Below, in pieces: positions 60,330-64,000 of a stretch of 64,000 nt of DNA. The DNA lies in contig RHPI01001037.1 of the NCBI GenBank assembly GCA_009103225.1, positions 841,031 to 905,030 on the forward strand, written 5' to 3'. The position numbers and the translations under genes are program-made. Position 1 is the first letter of the stretch, and every line of letters begins with the position of its first letter. This DNA comes from Chlorokybus atmophyticus (Eukaryota > Plantae > Mesostigma and Chlorokybus algae). Under the pieces are notes generated by a model. It saw only the letters and a list, made by a program, of their open reading frames with translations. It did not search any database and was not told the DNA's origin.

Positions 60330-60890
60330 ACAGTCGCTGCACGTTGTGATATACGCATAGTTTGATTCAAATCCAGTCAGCACGTCTGGTTTCACTTGCA
60401 ACGCGGTTGGAATACATGTGCTTATCACCTAGGTCACAGCGCACGTGTCGCAAGACAAAGTCAGCCGCCGTTGACTCAGCACGCCTCTGAACTTGTCCAA
60501 ACCAAGGTCAAGTGCTCCTGCGTAGTAGCCGCCACAGAGAGTGGATTGCGAATACCCACTTAAAAGTGCATTGCGCCATTCCACGAAGGCACGCCATCAA
60601 GGATATTGGAGTCGAATACTACCAGCGGAGTGGACTCAGCCTGCTCGTAACACGCTGTGCTGAGCCATGGGATAAGGGTTTACGAACATCATCCACTGCT
60701 ACACCAACGACCAAAACCAAGGGGTCATTCCAGCATTGGACGGGGGCGCTGCAAATGTCAGCCATATCCCGCGCCCAGAATGTTGAGGACGGTAATACGC
60801 CCGATGCAGTGCAAGCTACTGCAGCCAAAGTCTTGCTTTTAACACAGTTCCACAGTCGTGTTTGGATTGGAGGTGTTGCTGACAAGTGAC
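60330..60890. pseudogene. Rearranged F-box family fragments (minus-strand C-terminal piece joined to plus-strand middle piece)
   Basis: Minus strand ISTCIPTALQVKPDVLTG (~60350-60428); plus strand HAIKDIGVEYYQRSG...EPWD (~60590-60680). Confidence 0.45.
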
Positions 60891-61040
60891 GAGGAGTGAG
60901 CGCATGATGAGTGCATGATCTGGCAACAGGACGGCAGTTGCGTTGGGCTTGTGCACACCGTTGTCTATGACTATTTAAAGCTCGGCAACAGGCTGCAGAG
61001 GTTCACGAAGTCGTGTTCTTCCGTGCTATTGAAAGTGCGA

Positions 61041-61176
61041 CCAGCTGCAAGCAACGTACTCATATTGCAAAAGCAACATACAGAAAATGCGTGTGCGCAT
61101 GCGTGCACATGTTCATGCTTACACCCGCACTTTTTGCATGTTGCTTTTGCAATATAAATACGTTGCTTGCAGCTGG
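61041..61176. other. Long imperfect hairpin (51-bp arms)
   Basis: 61041-61091 vs rc of 61126-61176 differ at about 5 positions, all transitions; no TSD. Confidence 0.8.
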
Positions 61177-61815
61177 AGAGGATATCTGCTCTGAGGTCCG
61201 AGAGTTCGAGGGACATTTCATACACGAAGCGGCGGAGATGCGCATGGGTCAGATGACTGCTGCTTCTGCGGGTGCCGCCGACGGCTCCTCACAGCAGCCA
61301 GTGCAGGCCGGCCAGCTTGCGAAGCTTTAAAAAACCGCTGAAGCAAGCCCCGCCATCCAAATCCTTGTCGCGGATGGGTGGCTATTCGAACGAATACTTG
61401 CGGAAATGTACTGCGGTGTGCGCATGGTCATCTTTGCTCTCTTGTTTTCGCTCTTCTCGAGTAGTTGGTCGACCTGTGTGATGGTTGTTGTGTATGCGTG
61501 CCCGATTGTGCAAGATGAAGAGCTATCTTGAGCTGCGCAACTGGCTGGAAGGGCTCACTATCCCGGAGTAAACATAGTGAAGAGGTAGCTGTCAGGGTGG
61601 GTGGCTCTGGTGTGCGTGTGCGAGTGTGTGCATGCGTCTTCAAGCTTCAACTGCAGTGCCTGCTTGCATCTGTCCGTCAGTGGTTGTCCAGCTGTCACGG
61701 TAAGACTCTTTCAATTGCGACTGACAATGACCCATCACCCATCAAGCTTGTGCCGTCCATGTTACTTCAAAGCCTTGCTAGGAATGACAAGAGCCACCCT
61801 TTTTACCCCCCCCCC

Positions 61816-62453
61816 TAGATGTGCATGAGCCCTCAGCATTGCGTGGTCTGGCCACCTTGCTGGTAGTACTCATCCTCGACGACATCGGCGGCGTGCCTCC
61901 ACAGCTCTTTGACGTAGCGGACCCGCGTACCATCCTTTGAACTTAGAAAATTGACAATCAAACGCACCAGGTCGCCATTCTCAAAGACAGACGCTTGCAC
62001 TGTTTCAAATCGTCCCTCCGCACCTGAGTTCTGCATGCTGAGAAGCAAGCGAAGCCTAATCAAATGTCTGGGCATAGATAACACAATAGTAGTGAACACT
62101 ACAGCAGACGTTTCATAGTTGTTGTTGTGGCACTTGAGGTGCAGCATGGAGGCAATCTCAGCTGAGTAGACTTGTGTTGACTTGACACTAAGGTGACGAA
62201 ACAATCATAGATTTTGCGTGACATGAAGCATGCCTTGCACAGTGCATGCATAAATACAGCGTTGTCACGTTAGTTGTAGCAGACAGCAAGGGCAACAAAG
62301 TTCAATGTCATCATTGCACTGCTGGACAGCACGTTCCTCGTTTACCTTCCCGCACCTTAACACCGCAGCTTGCCTGGCACTGGGCCGAGAGGGCTTACGC
62401 CCAGATGGCCACCAAGTCCAATGGTCTGACCAGTCGCGAATGCCTGAGCACCA
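61816..62453 (-). repeat. Apparently exact 638-bp copy of 55653-56290 (5' part of F-box copy 4); probable assembly duplication
   Basis: Identical ORF translations; bounded by a poly-C run and a single N (62454). Confidence 0.8.
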
Positions 62454-64000
62454 NAGTTGGCCTTTCGTAAGTAACGTGTGTCATAGCTCATGGCTGCAAC
62501 GCAGGCTCTAAAACAAAACCGTCACTGTGCCTTGCGCTTCCACTGGAAAGCAAGCGCAGCATCGGGTTTCAACCTTCAGCTGTTGCGCATTGCCACTCAC
62601 ACCAACTCCACCTCCTGCCAGGCATTGCGTTGAGACGTACTTCCTGAGCGGCAGGTACGACAGCTGTCAATTGTCATAAAGCGTGGCTGCTAGATAATCA
62701 GCGGACAGAACGGCTTGGCTTAGCGAGCTACACACATGTCGTTTCATGAGAGGATGAGTAGTCATTGCTTAATAGCATGTTCATATAAGACGGCTTCTTT
62801 GGATCTCTGTATCTTCCAGACGGCGGAGGGCATCTGCAGCGAGCTGCACTGCAATCGTGACGACCCCATCTACCACGCCATACCACGTCATCGAGCCCCG
62901 CTACCACAGTCCAATGTGCCACGAAGTGTGAAGTTGGGAGTAGTAGAATGGCAATACGCACGCTTCATTAGGCTGTGCACTTATCGCACACATTTTGTGG
63001 CAGCCATGGCAGAGCTGTTGCTGGCCATGCACGCGGATGGCCACCCGCTGAGAAGATTGCTATCGACATTGAGGTACAAGACGCTGCGAGATGATTCACA
63101 CGTGCACTGCACGCCGGCAGCGCTGCTGTTCAAGTTGTTGTGTGACAGCGTGCAGCGACAGCAACATTGTTGTCATGACCACGGACACCAATGACATGCG
63201 CGGGGAGCAAGCTGTTTGGTAATGCGGCCTGCCCGTGCGTACGACGGAGACACCCAACCCCACCACCCAACCCCACCGCCTAGGCCCAACTGCTAGCGAG
63301 CAATCAAGGACCCGTAGCGCGATGCACTGCTGACGTTAGCACTGCGCCGCGAGCGGGTGACGACACCGGCAGGGGAGAGAGCAGAGGGCGCAGCAGCAGA
63401 GAGTTTGGGGACAGAGGGGGAGGGGAGGTGGTGGCGGAGCAGGCAGGCGGAGGAGGGCGCTGAGGGGGGAGTTCTGCTGATCTTCTGTTGTTGCCGCCGC
63501 TGCCACGCTGTACAGAACTGACTGCAACCGCCCTGTGGGCAGGTGACGGACTTGAAATGCATGCATGTCTAACGGGATGGAGTGATGGTAGTGATAGCAT
63601 AGGTGTGTGACCCGGTGGTTGAATATGTGAAACTTTGGTGCATGTGTGAGCGTAGCGCGTGGCGTTAGCACAACCACAATGACTGCTTCATGCGCATGCC
63701 TAACATGTATGAATGAGTGCTAGCTGAAAACTGCATGGGTGCAATAGCACCTTCGATCTTTTGTACGCAAGCGGGGTATTGCACGCAATGCGTGTCTTCC
63801 TGCACCCTGCCTGGAAGTTGAGCGGGTGAAGAATGTTATGTTGGTGTCTCTTTGCCACATCCGCGTTGGTATGCCAATTTCACTGCAGTCAAGCTTGAGG
63901 TTGTGGGCTCAAACTGATTGAATCAATGCTTGCAAGTATCCACCTTACCGTATTTCGTCGTATACAATCCCCTGTACAAATAAAGCCCCCCCCTTCCCCC

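Noticed and set aside
61816-62453. Apparent very recent duplicate of F-box copy 4
   Set aside because: It looks identical to 55653-56290 while all other paralogues are strongly diverged, and it is bounded by poly-C and a single N: the same artefact signature.
61180-64000. ORFs 62736-63194 (+), 63293-63677 (-) and a degenerate frame near 61180-61450
   Set aside because: No recognisable motifs or consistent exon chain; left unannotated.

Overview
Eukaryotic, intron-rich genomic DNA from the green lineage. It is probably a streptophyte or green alga (inferred from TTAGGGTTT telo-boxes, a plastid-targeted CHI-fold protein and plant-type housekeeping genes). 1-28.1 kb: spliced host genes (DUF1294, NDUFAF2/B17.2L, CHI-fold fatty-acid-binding protein, protoglobin-type globin, zinc-knuckle/KH protein, a signal-peptide-bearing protein with 14 RCC1 repeats, TMEM41/VTT protein), plus a complete but degenerate pogo/Tigger element and a MITE. 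30.2-46.1 kb: a dense transposon nest containing a pogo MITE, an internally deleted hAT, a second pogo, three copies of an unclassified 1.5-kb TIR element, two TRIM (miniature LTR) families and a solo LTR. 46-62.5 kb: a convergent tandem array of a divergent F-box gene family, mostly pseudogenised. The most unusual feature is a palindromic TRIM composite (38221-39756). Both of its termini are the same (U3) LTR end, it is flanked by a single 5-bp TSD, and its central junction carries a tRNA-like sequence. Several gaps and two short exact duplications next to poly-G/C runs and single Ns look like assembly artefacts. All calls come from reading the sequence by eye; no database searches were run.
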